A stretch of DNA of 55,767 nucleotides from a virus (IMGVR_UViG_3300012943_000007:1-55767), one strand, 5' to 3'; shown: positions 37,555 to 46,779, counted from the stretch's first letter. Made by a program: numbers and translations. Notes: generated by a model from the letters alone, not told the origin.

Positions 37555-38568
37555 CTAAGCGAGTTCGATAACCATAGACCCGTCGGGATTATTTGCAACG
37601 TGGCGATAACCCTGCGGGATTGCCGATCCCATTGGCAACGCCCATTGCTGTTTAACCGGTGCAACGGGTGCTGGCGGCGGCGTCTGTATTGCCGCCTGAA
37701 CGAAATCCGGGGCGGGCGCATAGGCTGGCGCTGGCATCGGATTAGAAGGGGAGGCAATCGGCGGAACGAAACCACCGGGCATTATAGTCGGGGGCGCGGC
37801 AGGGGGCGCCATAGGGGGCGCCGCAACGGGCGCAGGCATGACGGGCGCCGGAGGGTTTCCCGGAACCATTGCCATCGGCGGCGCCATCGGGGCGGGCGCT
37901 GGCATCGGCATCGGAGCCGGTGCGGCGCTCGGGATCGGCAGAGGCGCAGCGCTGGCGGGTGGCATCGATCCGATAGGACGGGCGCCGGGCGGTAGAGCGA
38001 CGTTCTGTCCGCCGAATACGGAAGTCGGATCGGCGCCGCTGACGATTTCGTCACCTTGGCCGACGAATTCGACAAGCGTCGGATTGACGTAAAGACCGGC
38101 TTGCGATCCGGGCGCCTGCGGGTTCGGTCCGTGCGGCTTGATATCCAAACCGACGCGCACGAAATCGCCCGTTTTGATTTCGTTTTCGGCAACCTGAACA
38201 TAAGCGCCGTTGACGAGCCGGACGACACGCGGGGCGAACGCTTCCGTCGAAATCGCGAGAACGATGCAACCTTTATAGCCTTCGCGATTGGCGAACGATT
38301 GTCCCTTGCTGTCGATCCCGTCGCCGTCGTCATACTTCCATGCGAAACCGGGCGGGAACTGACCGCTCGGAAATAGCGTCATGGCTTGCTGTTGCATGAT
38401 TTGCCATACGCCGCCGAATTCATTCTTTGGGAAGGCGACGCCGAACGCCCATTGAATGACTTGTTTGCCGTCTTTCATTACCGGCTGTTTTTGCTGGTTG
38501 GTTTTGCCGCGACCTTTCAGGGGGTGACCCCAAACGATGCGCCCAACGCCGCTAGTAATTTCCGCCAT
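37555..38568 (-). CDS. single-stranded DNA-binding protein with Pro/Ala-rich tail
   Basis: GRIVWG.P, K..DGD, IK.GD.VRV, GLYVNP..V..VG.G.EI OB-fold pattern; between nuclease and polymerase. Confidence 0.75.
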   Translation of the reverse strand: MAEITSGVGRIVWGHPLKGRGKTNQQKQPVMKDGKQVIQWAFGVAFPKNEFGGVWQIMQQQAMTLFPSGQFPPGFAWKYDDGDGIDSKGQSFANREGYKGCIVLAISTEAFAPRVVRLVNGAYVQVAENEIKTGDFVRVGLDIKPHGPNPQAPGSQAGLYVNPTLVEFVGQGDEIVSGADPTSVFGGQNVALPPGARPIGSMPPASAAPLPIPSAAPAPMPMPAPAPMAPPMAMVPGNPPAPVMPAPVAAPPMAPPAAPPTIMPGGFVPPIASPSNPMPAPAYAPAPDFVQAAIQTPPPAPVAPVKQQWALPMGSAIPQGYRHVANNPDGSMVIELA

Positions 38569-38580
38569 TGTAACCCCTTT

Positions 38581-39705
38581 CTAGGTTAGCAGTTTTTTCG
38601 CGATTTTATCGATATCGCGACGCACTAGTTTAACCCCTAGATACGGCGCTTTAGCGAATAGGTTGATAGTCGTTTCGGACGCGCCAGCTTTTTCAGCGCG
38701 AGCCGGTGAAACGAGTTTAGCGGGTTCGGTCAGCTTGTCGGCTGGAACGCCGGTCAGCATTTCGAGCGCACCGGGTGTCAGCGACGCGGGGAACTTGCGC
38801 TTTCCATAATGGTTTTCCAAAACCCAACCGTCGCCGACAATAGCGCCGTTCTTTACGCGATGCGTTGCCATTTCCTTATAGGCGTCGCGCATGGTTTCCA
38901 GATGATCTATCGCGCGATCAATGGCTGTCAACGTGTGTCCGAGCGCGTCGTTATCGAGTTGATCGACGATCACGCCTTCATAAGACATATCGATTGCGTT
39001 CATGCCCGCTTCGCGAGCGGCGGGACAATGGAAGCGAGCCGGGCAAGTGTCGCACTGCGGACCGGTCGTTAGAACGTTGCTCGGGACGGCAAGCTTTGTC
39101 TGTAGGTCAATCAGGTATTCTTGCAACTGATCGCCGCTTATTTCCCAAGGGCGCGACATTCCGAGCGGGTGAAACGGTTGCGGTTGATGGATCGTGAAAA
39201 CAATCCGACGCGGCGCGATCCGGTGCAAACTGACGTAGCCGATAGCGTGTGCGATCAGCGTCCAATTTTCATCGGGTTCAACATACCGCCAGCCGAATTT
39301 CGCGTCGTCGATATACAGAGTAGCGGTGAATTCATCCCAAACGATGATATCGGCGCGACCGTGAATTTCGACGTTCGGATTGACGCTAAAATCAGTGTTA
39401 TATTCGACGTGTGCGATTGGCATCGTTGCGAACGTGCGGTTTGCAGCGCTAACAACTTCATCAACCCATTCCGCCATGTCGGACGTGATGAATATTCCGC
39501 CCGGCGATTGCTTGCCGACGCGCTCGAATGGCGTCGGGAACACGCCCGTTAGAACGTTGCTCAATAGCCAATGACAGGCGGTTCCCTCGCGAGCGGCGTC
39601 CGATTGCTCGGCGACGGGCAAGCCTTCCGGCCTGTCCATCGCCAGCGAACCAACGCAGGCCATTACGCGCGGTAATTCGTCTGCGGTGATTATCGTTTTC
39701 GTCAT
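38581..39705 (-). CDS. Cas4-like (DUF2800) exonuclease
   Basis: C.GS, A.EGT..H, GRAD, DDAKFG, C..CP....C. Confidence 0.8.
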   Translation of the reverse strand: MTKTIITADELPRVMACVGSLAMDRPEGLPVAEQSDAAREGTACHWLLSNVLTGVFPTPFERVGKQSPGGIFITSDMAEWVDEVVSAANRTFATMPIAHVEYNTDFSVNPNVEIHGRADIIVWDEFTATLYIDDAKFGWRYVEPDENWTLIAHAIGYVSLHRIAPRRIVFTIHQPQPFHPLGMSRPWEISGDQLQEYLIDLQTKLAVPSNVLTTGPQCDTCPARFHCPAAREAGMNAIDMSYEGVIVDQLDNDALGHTLTAIDRAIDHLETMRDAYKEMATHRVKNGAIVGDGWVLENHYGKRKFPASLTPGALEMLTGVPADKLTEPAKLVSPARAEKAGASETTINLFAKAPYLGVKLVRRDIDKIAKKLLT

Positions 39706-40481
39706 GCGACGTAACGCCCATCCTGAGCAATCTTTTCGTATGCCTGCCAGCACTTCGCGTTGTCGCCGTTCAACTGGGTGAGATCGGTGATTTGCAGATG
39801 CGCGGCAAGCTGACCGAGATAATTCACGTCGATCAACGGCGGGTTCGCCGTCATCCCGCGATTGATCGCGTTCATAACGAACGTAAAGTCGACGACGACG
39901 GTATCAGAGGCAGGCGGGGGCGGCGGTGCGACAGGCGCCGGGGGTGCGACCGGGACCGGCGCGGGCATAACCGGCATTGGAACCGGTGCGGCGGCGACAG
40001 GTGCGGGCGGCTGGATCGGCATCGGTGCGGGTTGCGGTGCGACGGGCATCGGGATCGGCGCCGGAACTGGCGGCTGGATCGGCATCGGTGCGGGTTGCGG
40101 TGCAACGGGAACCGGCGCACGCGAACGCAATTCTTGTTCGACGGCGACGACTAGTGTCTGATCGACGCCGCGTTTCGCGCGCCATGATCCATCGGCGTTC
40201 TTTGCTCGGGTTGACGCATGAATGCGTTCGTCCCAAGGCAAACCGTTGCGGTCGACTTCACCGGGTGCGACCGGTTGAACCGGGCCGCTGTCGTCGTCGG
40301 CTTCGGTTGTGGCGGCGGGCGGCAATGGCATCGGAACCGGTGCGCTGATCGCTGGTGCGGGTGATGCGGTTGCCACGGCGCCGCTCGATACGCCTGAATT
40401 TAAGATGGCTGAGATTTCGCGAAGAATGCGCATGTCGGCGGCAACGGTGCTGTCGCCTTCGATAGTCAGATGAAATTTCAT
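39702..40481 (-). CDS. conserved phage protein with Pro/Ala repeats
   Basis: D.NGLPWDERIH.....NADG.W..KRGV motif. Confidence 0.7.
   Translation of the reverse strand: MKFHLTIEGDSTVAADMRILREISAILNSGVSSGAVATASPAPAISAPVPMPLPPAATTEADDDSGPVQPVAPGEVDRNGLPWDERIHASTRAKNADGSWRAKRGVDQTLVVAVEQELRSRAPVPVAPQPAPMPIQPPVPAPIPMPVAPQPAPMPIQPPAPVAAAPVPMPVMPAPVPVAPPAPVAPPPPPASDTVVVDFTFVMNAINRGMTANPPLIDVNYLGQLAAHLQITDLTQLNGDNAKCWQAYEKIAQDGRYVA
40006..40103. repeat. 35-bp direct repeat (period 63) within duplicated PVAPQPAPMPIQPP
   Basis: ggcggctggatcggcatcggtgcgggttgcggtgc at 40006 and 40069. Confidence 0.9.
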
Positions 40482-40589
40482 GGGATTGGATTTCCTTTCG
40501 GAGTGAAGCGGGACCGGTGTTCTAAAACAGCTTGACAAGAGACGCAAGCAAATTTTATCAGTTACTCAGTTTTAAGGATCGCGCGCCCC

Positions 40590-41195
40590 ATGTCAATCTC
40601 TATCCCTTGCGCCGTTTTTCAACGGCTCTCGCACTGCGCTTTTCGCCCGACAGACGTAACCGGAAATATCGCGCCGCGTCCCGCGCTAGCGTGCGTCCGG
40701 ATCGAAATCGAAAATCGGACGAAACTAGCAATCGCCGCGAACGGTCACATAATGGCGATTGAAAATCTCGGCGATACGGACGAACCCGACGCTATGTTCA
40801 ATATCGGGATTACGCCGACGTTGTTAGAGCGGTGCGGGCAAGAGGCACCTTATAACGGTGTGATTACCGTTGCGAACCTAGTCGCTAAAACGACGTTCGG
40901 CTTTACTGAAATGTCTATATCGTCGCAAGATTATGTCGACTGGCGCAAAGCGGTCCCGACGTTCCTTCCAAAGAAATCGCTCGGGGGTGTGATGTTCGAC
41001 GGCGAGCAAATCAACCGGCTTGTTAAATCGTCGCCGTCCGGGTTCATCGTTCTGCAACAGCATTTCGATAAATCGCGACCGGTGATCGCGCGAGATATCG
41101 CCGATCCAAATTGGCTTGGGGTGTTCATGGTGCAAGACCCTGAAACAGATACGCCCGCCGAACTGCCGAAATGGATCAGCCATGCGAGCGCTTAA
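40590..41195 (+). CDS. beta-clamp-like protein (partial fold)
   Basis: RPAL..V.IE...AIAANGHIM and YVDWRKAVP resemble DnaN central-domain motifs. Confidence 0.55.
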   Translation: MSISIPCAVFQRLSHCAFRPTDVTGNIAPRPALACVRIEIENRTKLAIAANGHIMAIENLGDTDEPDAMFNIGITPTLLERCGQEAPYNGVITVANLVAKTTFGFTEMSISSQDYVDWRKAVPTFLPKKSLGGVMFDGEQINRLVKSSPSGFIVLQQHFDKSRPVIARDIADPNWLGVFMVQDPETDTPAELPKWISHASA

Positions 41196-41607
41196 GCAGA
41201 CGGGACCGGATGACTGTTTTAGAACGGCAATCGCTTGCTTGCTTGATTGCGAGCGCCCGGACGACGTGCCGCATTTCATGGAGGATCGCGAAAATCTAGG
41301 CGACGCTTATTCGCGGTTGCGCAAGTGGCTCGCCGGTCGCGGTTTGGCTTATGCATTCTTCGGCGTTCATGGCGATATTGGATCGCCTGCCGACGCTCGC
41401 GAAGTCGTCGCGTTCAACAATCCCGATCTTTACTATGTGATGATTGGAACGAATTCACGCGGTGAAAATCACGCAACGGTCTGTTGCGGTCGGTATGAAA
41501 TCCATGATCCGGCATGGGCAGGATCGGGATTACAAGGGCCGGGAAACAACGGTAACGAACATTACGGCATTCTAGTTCTCGTTCCGCTTGGTCAGGTTTC
41601 GGATTGA
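41182..41607 (+). CDS. C39-like cysteine peptidase-fold protein
   Basis: Q....DC..TAIA.LL, HATVC, IHDP: candidate Q/C/H/D residues. Confidence 0.5.
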   Translation: MRALKQTGPDDCFRTAIACLLDCERPDDVPHFMEDRENLGDAYSRLRKWLAGRGLAYAFFGVHGDIGSPADAREVVAFNNPDLYYVMIGTNSRGENHATVCCGRYEIHDPAWAGSGLQGPGNNGNEHYGILVLVPLGQVSD

Positions 41608-43256
41608 TCACGCTTAGAGCCGATCAGGCGACACTTAAAAACAACGTCTATACCGCATGGCAAGAGCCGGGCGTTCGTAACGTGTTGGCGGTTCTGCCGA
41701 CTGGCGGCGGTAAGTCTGTTATCGCGTCTGATATCGTTGGCGACTTCACGCGGCTCAATACGAACAGCGCCGTCATTGCGCACCGGCAAGAATTGGTCGG
41801 TCAGCTATCTTTGCACGTCGGACGCGCGGCAGTGAAACATAGGATCATTGCGCCGCGTCCGGTGATCGGTTTTATAACGGCGTTACATCGCGAAGAATTC
41901 GGACGGTCGTTCATCGATCCGAACGCGCGAACTGCCGTCGTCGGCGTCGACACTCTCGTTAGTCGGAAAGATCAGTTAGCGCCGTGGTGCGCGCAAGTCG
42001 GTCATTGGATGATTGATGAAGCGCACCATGTTTTGCAAACGAACAAATGGGGGATCGCTGCGGCGATGTTCCCCAATGCGTTTGGGCTCGGAGTGACGGC
42101 GACGCCAGAGCGTGCGGACGGTCGAGGGCTCGGGCGTGATAACGACGGCGTATTTGATCGGATGGTTATCGGTCCGACGATGCGCGAGCTAATCGACGCT
42201 GGATATCTTACTGATTATTCGATTGTCGTTCCACAATCCGATTTCGACGTTTCGAACCTTAAGATCACGGACACGGGCGATTTCTCGCAAAAGCAAATGC
42301 GCGAGGAAGCCAAGCGGTCGCATATCGTCGGCGACGCTGTAGAACAGTATATCAAATTTGCGAATGGCAAGCTTTGTGTCGTCTTTGCGATTGACGTTGA
42401 AACGGCGCGCGAGACGGCAGAAGCGTTCAACGCGGCAGGGATTGCGGCGGTTTCGATATCCGCCAAAACAGACGATGCGGTTCGCGTCGAATATCTGCGC
42501 AGGTTCCGACGCGGTGAAATCCGCGTATTGGTCAACGTCGATCTATTCGGCGAGGGTTTCGACTTACCGGCGATTGAATGTGTGATTATGGCACGCCCTA
42601 CGGCGTCGCTCGCGGTCTATCTGCAACAGTTCGGGCGAGCCTTGCGAACCCTATCGGGCAAAACAATCGGATTGGTGATCGATTTAGTCTCGAATGTGAA
42701 GCGCCACGGCTTGCCGGATAAAACGCGGTTCTGGTCGCTGGATCGGCGCGACAAGCGAGCGCGTCGGATGCGCGATCCCGAAGATATTCCGGTTAAGACG
42801 TGTCGGAATGCGGCTTGCCTGCGATCCTATCCCGGCGAGCTTCGATCTTGCCCATACTGCGGATTTGTTCCGGTCCCGGCTGGCGGCGGTCGCAGTGTTC
42901 AGGAAGTCGACGGCGATTTGATGTTGCTCGATGCGAACGTTTTGAACGCCATGCGCAAGGCGGCGCAATTGGTTGATCCGGGTCAGATTGCAGCACGGCT
43001 TGCAGGCGGTCGATTGCCTAACGGCGCTGTTGTTGGTCAGGTGAACCGACAGATCGAGCGCATTGAAGCGCAGCGGCGGCTTAGCGATACAATTGCGCTT
43101 TGGGCTGGTTATCAGCGCTCACTAGGGCGCGAAGATAGCGAAATTCATCGGCGGTTCTATCACGGGACAGGTGGCGTTGACGTTGTTAGCGCGCTCGGGT
43201 TGCCGCGTGTCGATATGGACAAACTAGATGCAATGGTGCGCGAATGGCTGGCTTAG
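41604..43256 (+). CDS. SF2 DEAH helicase with zinc ribbon
   Basis: PTGGGKS, DEAHH, TATP, EGFD, QQFGRALR, C..C...CPYC. Confidence 0.93.
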   Translation: MITLRADQATLKNNVYTAWQEPGVRNVLAVLPTGGGKSVIASDIVGDFTRLNTNSAVIAHRQELVGQLSLHVGRAAVKHRIIAPRPVIGFITALHREEFGRSFIDPNARTAVVGVDTLVSRKDQLAPWCAQVGHWMIDEAHHVLQTNKWGIAAAMFPNAFGLGVTATPERADGRGLGRDNDGVFDRMVIGPTMRELIDAGYLTDYSIVVPQSDFDVSNLKITDTGDFSQKQMREEAKRSHIVGDAVEQYIKFANGKLCVVFAIDVETARETAEAFNAAGIAAVSISAKTDDAVRVEYLRRFRRGEIRVLVNVDLFGEGFDLPAIECVIMARPTASLAVYLQQFGRALRTLSGKTIGLVIDLVSNVKRHGLPDKTRFWSLDRRDKRARRMRDPEDIPVKTCRNAACLRSYPGELRSCPYCGFVPVPAGGGRSVQEVDGDLMLLDANVLNAMRKAAQLVDPGQIAARLAGGRLPNGAVVGQVNRQIERIEAQRRLSDTIALWAGYQRSLGREDSEIHRRFYHGTGGVDVVSALGLPRVDMDKLDAMVREWLA

Positions 43257-43522
43257 CATACATCGCCAAAACAGAGGCGCGGCGGTTGACTTTAGAGCGC
43301 TGGAAAATATCGGTTCAAGACTTATCGGTTAGAACGCTGTTCAAAGAATTCAATATCGACGTTCGACACGGGTCTAGCAATGATCGGATCGTTCGCGAGG
43401 TTTTCCGGTGTCTCAATATCGAGTTTCGGCGCGATCAATACCGGTTGCAATGGGGCGCGGCATATCTTCGGATCAGCATTCTAGACGGCGGTCTGATCGA
43501 TTGCAGAAAGGTTCACAAATGA
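43244..43522 (+). CDS. hypothetical protein
   Basis: Coupled ORF. Confidence 0.5.
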   Translation: MAGLAYIAKTEARRLTLERWKISVQDLSVRTLFKEFNIDVRHGSSNDRIVREVFRCLNIEFRRDQYRLQWGAAYLRISILDGGLIDCRKVHK

Positions 43523-43911
43523 GCGAATACGAAAGCGAAGCACAAGCGTTGATCCGGGCCGATGCTGGCGCATTGGACGCGCCGTTGTGGAGGAACAATT
43601 CGGGGGCATTTCAACATAGCGTCGGGCGTTGGGTTCGGTTCGGGCTCGGGAACGATAGCAAGCAACTAAACGACGTGATGAAATCGAGCGATTTAATCGG
43701 GGTTACGCCGGTTCTGATCATGCCGAACATGATCGGTCGCGTCGTCGGCGTATTCACTGCTATCGAGTGCAAGCCGTCCGATTGGCACTTGACGCCGGGC
43801 GATCATCGTGGGCAAGCGCAACTGAACTATATCGAGCTAGTGCGGCGACATGGCGGATATGCCGGGTTCGCGCGTTCGGTCGACGAATATCGAAGGATCA
43901 TCGGGCGATGA
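43519..43911 (+). CDS. VRR-NUC nuclease
   Basis: WRNNSG, RFGL, SSDLIG, AIECK, AQ..Y...V...GG. Confidence 0.85.
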   Translation: MSEYESEAQALIRADAGALDAPLWRNNSGAFQHSVGRWVRFGLGNDSKQLNDVMKSSDLIGVTPVLIMPNMIGRVVGVFTAIECKPSDWHLTPGDHRGQAQLNYIELVRRHGGYAGFARSVDEYRRIIGR

Positions 43912-44213
43912 CAAAACGCAGCAAAGGCGACGGAACGCGAGCGCTGATCATAACGCAGGGTTTGAAGCTGTTGAAGCGCGGCGGGCTCGCGCGGATCACA
44001 ACGGCAGAGTTAATGCATGGGACCGGTCTAAGCGGTCCGGTGATCTTCTATCATTACCAAACACTCGATAAGCTTCGCGAGCGTGTCGCATTCGCCGCGA
44101 TCAAACGGGATGATAAGGTTGCTGTCGCCCGGCTGATCGTCGACCGACATAAGAGCGTGCGCGAATTTACTGCGGCGCAACGGGCGGAATATCTCGCAAC
44201 GCTGGCGGATTAA
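43908..44213 (+). CDS. TetR-like HTH protein
   Basis: IITQGLKL..RGG...IT..EL...TGLS...IFYHY. Confidence 0.7.
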   Translation: MTKRSKGDGTRALIITQGLKLLKRGGLARITTAELMHGTGLSGPVIFYHYQTLDKLRERVAFAAIKRDDKVAVARLIVDRHKSVREFTAAQRAEYLATLAD

Positions 44214-44455
44214 TCCAGCCAATACATTCGGTCGCGGCGCACGGCTGGAACGCCGTTCTCTAGCTCGCGGCCCGTGTAGCGCTCGCGCTTGTCGCCCATG
44301 CGCGGGATGATCGAGCCGGGCGGCGGCGCTGGCTTGTGGAAATCGGCAACCGGTCCCGTATAGCCGCACGTCAGACATTCGTTTCCGACATATGTTCGTG
44401 GGTTCTGGCGATAGTTGCTCGAATGGCAGTTCGGACAAGCGCCGTTAGTCGACAT
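44210..44455 (-). CDS. small zinc-ribbon protein
   Basis: CPNC...CLTCG. Confidence 0.6.
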   Translation of the reverse strand: MSTNGACPNCHSSNYRQNPRTYVGNECLTCGYTGPVADFHKPAPPPGSIIPRMGDKRERYTGRELENGVPAVRRDRMYWLD

Positions 44456-44621
44456 ACCAAATATCCCTTCCGTAACGGTCGTTCCAAAAGCGGCGCATAT
44501 GTTTGACAGTATGCATATTTTTGACGCCCATTAAAGCGTCGCCTGCTTTGGCGTCTTTGACGATTTGCGCCGCTGCCATTGGAGTATAACCGGCGCGGGT
44601 TAGAGCCTGATAGTCGGTCAT
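44445..44621 (-). CDS. small hypothetical protein (58 aa, MTDYQALTRAGYTP...)
   Basis: Read manually; ATGA coupled. Confidence 0.5.
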   Translation of the reverse strand: MTDYQALTRAGYTPMAAAQIVKDAKAGDALMGVKNMHTVKHMRRFWNDRYGRDIWYVD

Positions 44622-44911
44622 TTCGAAAACCTCTTGAATTCGAGTTCGAACCGGACGGGCACGGCGACGGCGGTTTCATATTCATTGCCGTCAGCTTCCG
44701 GGATGGAAAAGAAATCGGGCAATTTGCCGTCTTTGACATACGCCCATGAACGCCCGGCGTCGTCGTCACGGACGAGAACTAGCCGTTCATTCATTGCGAG
44801 CGCTTTGCTGGAATGGCCGAATTCCGACAAACGGTCGGCGAAATTGTGATCGATGATATCGCCCGTTGCCGGGTCAAATATCTCGATATCCCATTCGTAA
44901 GTGACTGCGAT
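44618..44911 (-). CDS. hypothetical protein with apparent ATC start
   Basis: AGGAGG 5 nt before ATC; frame open to 44618; in-frame TAG just upstream. Confidence 0.55.
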   Translation of the reverse strand: MAVTYEWDIEIFDPATGDIIDHNFADRLSEFGHSSKALAMNERLVLVRDDDAGRSWAYVKDGKLPDFFSIPEADGNEYETAVAVPVRFELEFKRFSK

Positions 44912-44912
44912 T

Positions 44913-45179
44913 TTATCCTCCTATTAACATTTCGCGAATGTATTCGCGGCTGAAAGTTTCGACGGGGCGGATCGGTTTGCGTTCGGTGACGTGTAAGATC
45001 GTTGCGACCGGTCCGGCGAGTTTGCAGATTTCAGCGCGGAAATCGGCGTTATGTCCCATGTATGCATAGGACGGACCGGCTTCCGACGGATAGCCTTTCG
45101 GCCAGTAAGCGACAATCATTTCGATGCATTCGCAACCAACCGCCGCTAGCTGACGCTCTGAACAGGTGCAACCGATCAT
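44913..45179 (-). CDS. hypothetical protein
   Basis: CTC...VGCEC; GAGG SD; promoter upstream. Confidence 0.6.
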   Translation of the reverse strand: MIGCTCSERQLAAVGCECIEMIVAYWPKGYPSEAGPSYAYMGHNADFRAEICKLAGPVATILHVTERKPIRPVETFSREYIREMLIGG

Positions 45180-45206
45180 TTGAAAACCTCGCTGTTGATA
45201 CTGTCT

Positions 45207-45234
45207 ATTTAGGCGGGCGGATCGGCGTTGTCAA
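45207..45234 (-). promoter_or_regulatory. promoter TTGAC-N17-CTAAAT
   Basis: Spacing counted. Confidence 0.65.
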
Positions 45235-45910
45235 TAGGCGGGCCTAATTTCTTTTTGAACAAGAAGTCTGACCAACCGGGCCATTTCTTCGACATTAGGT
45301 CAACGTCGCCGGATCGGAAGTCGCGGAAGAAATCGGCGGCGGCGGTATCGTTCAGCTTATCCATGAATTCGCCGACGACGGCAAACGCGGCTAGGCGACT
45401 TGTCGTAATGCGCAAATCTTCCTCTAGCTGCGTATTCGCTCGGGTTGTGGCAGTCACGCCAGCCGACAGCGAGCTTTCGAGCGCGGCTTGCATCTTTGCC
45501 ATTGGCTCTTTGAACGCCTCTTGCATCCAGCCCGACGCCCAATGGTTATGATCGACGCTCTGCCGTTGGTTCGGATTGTCATAGATCGATTTACCGGCCC
45601 GGCAGGCATCCCGCCCGTTTTGAATAGCAACGTTCAGTAGAACGGCATTATTGGATTTGGCGAATTGCGGTTGCGCGTAGAAATAGCGTTCCGCTTCGGC
45701 GAGTGCGTCCGGTCGCTTGGTATGTGTCAAGCCGGAAATACGCGTGTCGTTATGATAGACGGCGAAATTAGTATGCTGCGGCTCGCGCGGCGTCTGACGG
45801 CGAACGGTCAGCTTGCCGAACGTGTCGTCGATTACAAGTTCAACGTCGAGTTTGGTAAAGCCGCTAGCAGCGCTGACAGGTTGCCACGGCAAAAGAGCTT
45901 CGATGTTCAT
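45209..45910 (-). CDS. hypothetical protein
   Basis: ATGA coupled; includes GR.A...G....NP....W..GW (Rmf/CrpP-like) segment. Confidence 0.6.
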   Translation of the reverse strand: MNIEALLPWQPVSAASGFTKLDVELVIDDTFGKLTVRRQTPREPQHTNFAVYHNDTRISGLTHTKRPDALAEAERYFYAQPQFAKSNNAVLLNVAIQNGRDACRAGKSIYDNPNQRQSVDHNHWASGWMQEAFKEPMAKMQAALESSLSAGVTATTRANTQLEEDLRITTSRLAAFAVVGEFMDKLNDTAAADFFRDFRSGDVDLMSKKWPGWSDFLFKKKLGPPIDNADPPA

Positions 45911-46371
45911 TCCAGTATCCGGGTTGCAGGGAAGGGTTCGGGGTTGAGCGCGTGTTTGATCCCTTGGATCATGTAGCGCGCGGCGATATGTGGCGGAACC
46001 TGACCAGTAAGGGTTCCCATGCCGGGCATGTTGACAGTTTCGACGCCAGCATTCAAGGCGGCTCGAATCGCGGCTCGGGTTGAAAGATAAACGTCGGTTG
46101 GATCATGGATCGGCGCCGGGACGCGCATTGTCGGCGCAACGATCAACGGTTTCAGAACGAACGCTTGACCGACTAGTAATTCGCCGTCGAACTTGTTAAC
46201 GATCCGATGTTGAATGGCTTTGTCGATACCGGGAAAGCGGTTCACATAGACGCTATCGATCCCGCCGCGCACTGGCGGCATATCGCCAAACGAATTCGCC
46301 GGGCTAACGTATGCGTCGCATGGCAAATCGAAGATATCGCCGAAGTGAACGCGGATCGAATGATACGGCAT
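45907..46371 (-). CDS. macrodomain (ADP-ribose-processing) protein, main part
   Basis: GDIFDLPCDAYVSPANSFG, GGID, APTMRVP, PGMGTLTG. Confidence 0.85.
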   Translation of the reverse strand: MPYHSIRVHFGDIFDLPCDAYVSPANSFGDMPPVRGGIDSVYVNRFPGIDKAIQHRIVNKFDGELLVGQAFVLKPLIVAPTMRVPAPIHDPTDVYLSTRAAIRAALNAGVETVNMPGMGTLTGQVPPHIAARYMIQGIKHALNPEPFPATRILE

Positions 46372-46541
46372 TATGTACCTATCGGTGTCGGTAATTTCAG
46401 CCGTCCGACAGGTTCGACGGCGCGACGGATTGGAAGGCGCCATTCTGTTTGTAGGTGACGATATGGAGTTTGATTAATCGGCAGCGCCTGTGCCCAAGCT
46501 AGCGCTAAATCATGGTTCCTATCGACTAGATTGATTTGCAT
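46371..46541 (-). CDS. 56-aa ORF carrying a macrodomain-like N-terminal strand and helix
   Basis: MQINLVDRNHDLALAWAQAL...; TAATG overlap with 46371 start; AAAGG SD. Confidence 0.6.
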   Translation of the reverse strand: MQINLVDRNHDLALAWAQALPINQTPYRHLQTEWRLPIRRAVEPVGRLKLPTPIGT

Positions 46542-46779
46542 TTACGCGTGCCTTTCGGTCTAGAGCGTTCTGGAAATCTTCCGGCGAATATTTCGCCATA
46601 AAATCCATGATCGCGGCGCTGTTCAGATGAACGCGCGCGACGGTGACGCGTTCGCCGCAACGTTGACAACGTGCCGTAACAGCGCCGTGCAACGTGCCGA
46701 TGTTATCGTAAGTGCCGAGCGATATTTCGCGATATTCGTTGATCGGAACGTTATGTCCGAACATCATGCATCTGAACAC
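46519..46779 (-). CDS. small zinc-binding protein
   Basis: C..FGH...CQRCG. Confidence 0.6.
   Translation of the reverse strand: MFRCMMFGHNVPINEYREISLGTYDNIGTLHGAVTARCQRCGERVTVARVHLNSAAIMDFMAKYSPEDFQNALDRKARVNANQSSR

Noticed and set aside
38581-39705. Cas4-like gene as evidence of a CRISPR system
   Set aside because: No repeat-spacer array or other cas genes; such nucleases are common in phage replication modules.
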